A DNA stretch of 64,000 nucleotides from the NCBI GenBank assembly GCA_963753975.1, contig CAVWEH010000005.1:64001-128000 (forward strand), in the 5' to 3' direction. Position numbers and translations under genes: made by a program. The notes below the pieces were generated by a model. It was not told the origin of the DNA. It saw only the letters and a list, made by a program, of their open reading frames with translations, and did no database searches. This stretch comes from an uncultured delta proteobacterium. Lineage in GTDB: Bacteria; Desulfobacterota; Syntrophia; Syntrophales; Smithellaceae. This document shows positions 60,672-64,000 of the stretch, piece by piece; position 1 is the stretch's first letter; every line of letters begins with the position of its first letter.

Positions 60672-61919
60672 ATGAACGATGATAAACTGTACTTGGTCAT
60701 GATGGGCCTTCCGGCGAGGGGTAAATCAACGTTGGCGATACGCCTGCAGGATGCTTTTGGAAAAAGCCGGATCCCCGCGAAGATATTCAACAACGGCAAT
60801 CTCCGGAGAGCTTACCTGCCGCTCACAGAAACTTCCTCGGCAAACTTTTATCATCCGGCCAACACCTCTGCCTTAGAAATGCGAAAAAAATTCGCCTGCA
60901 TCAATATGAAGAGGGCTAAAGCATATCTCGAGGGCAAAGGACGGGTGGCCATCCTGGACGCGGCCAATGTAAGCAGGGAGCGGCGCAGGATAATCGAAGA
61001 TAATCTCGGCAACCACCCCATTCTTTTTATCGAATGCATTAATGATGACCGGGAAATCCTGGCTTTGAGCATTCTGGAAAAAACGCGGTTGCCGGAATTT
61101 TCCCGGTTGGGCCGTCAGAAGGCGCAGGCGGAATTTTCAAAGAGGATAGAAAACTACCGGATGATTTATACACCGTTGAAAGAGGAGAGGAATTACTTCC
61201 GCATGGATTCTCTGCAAAACAGGATATTGGAAGAGAAACAGACCGACACGATTCCACTGTATTTGCTGATCAAAGATATTCTGGTGACCGATGTCGTTAA
61301 AAACCTTTTTCTTATTCGGCATGCCGAAACAAAATTCAATACCATCGACCGTATCGGCGGAGATTCTGCTCTCACCGCAAAAGGTACTTCGCAGGCAAAA
61401 GCCCTGGGTAACTTTTTTAAAAAAAGACAGATCTCCTATATTTTTACCAGCCGCAAAAAGCGAACAATTCAAACAGCCGGCATTATCTGTGCCGTGCAGA
61501 AGAATTGTAAGATTATTCCCATCAACGAGTTTGATGAAATCAACGCCGGCATATGTGAAGGAATGACTTACAAAGATATCGAAAGAAAGATGCCCGAAGT
61601 TTATCAGGCCCGGAGGGCGGACAAATACCACTATATCTATCCGCAGGGGGAAAGCTACGAGACAATGAAACCGCGCATCGAAGCGGGGCTGAAAAAAGCT
61701 TTTTTCTTAAACCGCCACTCAGATAACATCATGATTGTCGGCCATCAGGCGGTAAATCGGATGATCCTTGCTCATTTTCTCTACCGGCGCAATGATGATG
61801 TTCCTTACATTTATATTCCGCAGGATGAATTTTATCACATTGTCTCCACGCAGAATAAAAAAATCTTTGAACTGAAACCCTACGCTCAAATGGGCAGGAA
61901 ATACACGCCCCGACAATAA
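60672..61919 (+). CDS. 6-phosphofructo-2-kinase/fructose-2,6-bisphosphatase-like bifunctional protein
   Basis: MMGLPARGKS kinase P-loop, ILDAAN, then a histidine phosphatase domain RHAET..EINAG..YPQGESY..HQAV. Confidence 0.85.
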   Translation: MNDDKLYLVMMGLPARGKSTLAIRLQDAFGKSRIPAKIFNNGNLRRAYLPLTETSSANFYHPANTSALEMRKKFACINMKRAKAYLEGKGRVAILDAANVSRERRRIIEDNLGNHPILFIECINDDREILALSILEKTRLPEFSRLGRQKAQAEFSKRIENYRMIYTPLKEERNYFRMDSLQNRILEEKQTDTIPLYLLIKDILVTDVVKNLFLIRHAETKFNTIDRIGGDSALTAKGTSQAKALGNFFKKRQISYIFTSRKKRTIQTAGIICAVQKNCKIIPINEFDEINAGICEGMTYKDIERKMPEVYQARRADKYHYIYPQGESYETMKPRIEAGLKKAFFLNRHSDNIMIVGHQAVNRMILAHFLYRRNDDVPYIYIPQDEFYHIVSTQNKKIFELKPYAQMGRKYTPRQ

Positions 61920-61977
61920 AGTCAGGGCGTGTACCAAAAAAAATTAATTCCCCTAAGCTGTAACACCGAAAGCATTC

Positions 61978-63906
61978 TTACTGTTTACCTTGTTTGGCCA
62001 GCTCTTCCGCTCTCAGGGTCTTTCTAAGAATTTTGCCCACATTGTTCTTGGGCAGTTCTTTTCTGAATTCAACCATGGTAGGAAGCTTGTACTTGGCCAA
62101 TTTGGTTGCACAGAATTCGATTATTTCCTGCTCTGTCGCGGTCTGCCCTTCCTTTAATACGACAAAAACCTTGATCTGCTCACCGCGTGTCGGATGAGGC
62201 ACTCCGATAGCGCATGCCTCCACAACTTTTGGGTTGGTATATAAAGCTTCATCTATGTCACGCGGATAGACGTTGTATCCGCCGGAAATAATCATGTCCT
62301 TTTTACGGTCGACGATGTAGAAGTAGCCTTCTTTATCCATTTTGGCTATGTCGCCGGTATACAACCATCCATTCCTTAAAGCGATGGCTGTTTCTTCAGG
62401 TTTTTTCCAATACCCCTTCATGACCTGAGGACCTCTGATAATAAGCTCGCCAAGTTCACCTACGGGAACATCCTTCTCCCCTGTTTCGAGATCCACTAGG
62501 CGGCATTCCGTATCCGGATACGGGAGTCCAATACTTCCTGCTTTTTGTACTCCTTCATATGGATTGGCATGCGTACACGGTGAAGCCTCAGTCAAGCCGA
62601 ATCCCTCAGCAATCAGCGCTCCAGATCTTGCTTTGATTTTTTTTATAACCTCAACCGGAAGCGGAGCGCTGCCTGAAGGAAGGCGTTTTATGCAGGTAAG
62701 ATCAAGCTTATCGAAATTCGGATGGCCAAGCAAGCCGATCAACATGGTCGGAACAAGACAGGCTACGGTTGGCCTGTATTTTTGTATGACGTCAAACAGG
62801 GCCTCCGGCGTTGGTCTTACTAACATTACACAGGTGCATTTGTAATAAATGGTTAAATTCATAACAGTGGACATCCCATAAACATGAAAAAACGGGATGG
62901 CACCGAGAAATATCTCCTTGCCGTCGCTTGTTATCGAATTTTTATATGTTTTTGGATCTGTTGCTTTTATCTGTTGCAACTGCTTGCTCAGGTTAGCATG
63001 GGTTAGCATCGCCCCCTTGGAAACACCTGTAGTGCCGCCTGTATACTGCAGTATGGCAATGTCGTTAAAATTAACATTTACCTGCGGGGGATTCGGGGGA
63101 TATTTCGCAATAAGGTCTTTCCAGCCGTATACATCCGGGGCATCCTTTGGCTTGGCAGCAAATACCGTGGCTGGATCCGTTGAGGAGGGAATATAATCGC
63201 CCAGTGAAGCATACACTATCTGTTTTATCTTGGTTTTTGGTCTCAGATCGATCATGTTATTTGCCAGCAGATCAAGCGTGATAAGAACCTTGGATTCCGA
63301 ATCATTGAACTGATATTCCAGTTCGGGTACGGAATATAGCGGATTGTTCATTACGGCTTTCCCGCCGATCTTCAGTATTGCATAATAAGCGGCGACTGTT
63401 TGAATCAAATTGGGCAGATGGATCGCGACACTGTCGCCTTTTCTAATGCCAAAATCAGTCAGACAGGTCGCAAAACGGTATACCATATCTTTCAATTCCG
63501 CATAGGTGATCTTATAATCTTGTGAAACAAACGCTGTTCTTCGTGGAAAATCCCGTGCCGCAATTTCAAGATTGTCAGTTAACAGTAATTCTTCATACTT
63601 AACCGTTGCCGTAACGCCCGGACTATAATGGGCAACCCACGGTTTATCCTGATATGTTACATTCTTCTTCACCGGCGGAGTTACTTTTTTCTTTGCCGGA
63701 AGCGCTGCCTTCTTCTTTTTGATCGGCCGCGCTACCTGCTTTTTTTTAGCCGGCTTTGATGCCTTCTTTTTAACCGAACGTATAACTTTCTTTTTCTTAA
63801 CCAATGACTTAACTTTTTTCTTTTTTACAGGACGCGTTACCTTCTTCTTAACCGAACGTGTAACTTTCTTTTTCTTTTTTGCAGGACGCACTGCTTTCTT
63901 CTTCAT
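61978..63906 (-). CDS. fadD: Long-chain-fatty-acid--CoA ligase with a Lys-rich repetitive N-terminal extension
   Basis: YTGGTTGVSKG, EGFGLTE, TGD and GKILR motifs; RBS GGAGGGAGG before the ATG at 63906. Confidence 0.9.
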   Translation of the reverse strand: MKKKAVRPAKKKKKVTRSVKKKVTRPVKKKKVKSLVKKKKVIRSVKKKASKPAKKKQVARPIKKKKAALPAKKKVTPPVKKNVTYQDKPWVAHYSPGVTATVKYEELLLTDNLEIAARDFPRRTAFVSQDYKITYAELKDMVYRFATCLTDFGIRKGDSVAIHLPNLIQTVAAYYAILKIGGKAVMNNPLYSVPELEYQFNDSESKVLITLDLLANNMIDLRPKTKIKQIVYASLGDYIPSSTDPATVFAAKPKDAPDVYGWKDLIAKYPPNPPQVNVNFNDIAILQYTGGTTGVSKGAMLTHANLSKQLQQIKATDPKTYKNSITSDGKEIFLGAIPFFHVYGMSTVMNLTIYYKCTCVMLVRPTPEALFDVIQKYRPTVACLVPTMLIGLLGHPNFDKLDLTCIKRLPSGSAPLPVEVIKKIKARSGALIAEGFGLTEASPCTHANPYEGVQKAGSIGLPYPDTECRLVDLETGEKDVPVGELGELIIRGPQVMKGYWKKPEETAIALRNGWLYTGDIAKMDKEGYFYIVDRKKDMIISGGYNVYPRDIDEALYTNPKVVEACAIGVPHPTRGEQIKVFVVLKEGQTATEQEIIEFCATKLAKYKLPTMVEFRKELPKNNVGKILRKTLRAEELAKQGKQ

Positions 63907-64000
63907 AATAATATTACCTCCCTCCTCAGATTAATGTTATAAATATTTCATTTTACGGAAGCTCGATATTCCGGATAATCCTTTTATGATTCATCTTTTC

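Overview
Core-type chromosomal window from an anaerobic deltaproteobacterium. The gene content (two tungsten-type AORs, beta-oxidation enzymes, PPDK/PEPCK, c-di-AMP cyclase, sigma54 two-component system) suggests Syntrophales such as Smithella; this taxonomy is an inference. It holds a complete trpEGDCFBA operon plus a separate trpB2, each with a Trp-rich leader peptide that I read by hand and that is absent from the ORF track. It also holds grpE-dnaK, fatty-acid/alcohol metabolism genes and one AT-rich NDT/TIR-like P-loop ATPase gene. No rRNA, tRNA, CRISPR array, transposase or integrase was seen. There are two main non-annotated signals. (1) A dispersed family of about 75-100 bp structured DNA units sits alone or in same-orientation tandem arrays at six intergenic loci. 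Three sequence types share one hairpin frame (TC/TC internal loop near the base, variable terminal loop; types B and C add a 2-nt bulge). They show compensatory base changes and strand-specific G-T pairs, and one copy is cleanly inserted between CTCAT direct repeats, which points to a small mobile or recombination element. (2) A probable sigma54-dependent small RNA, with upstream palindromic activator sites and a C/U-rich anti-SD-like linker, lies divergent from an NtrC-family two-component system.
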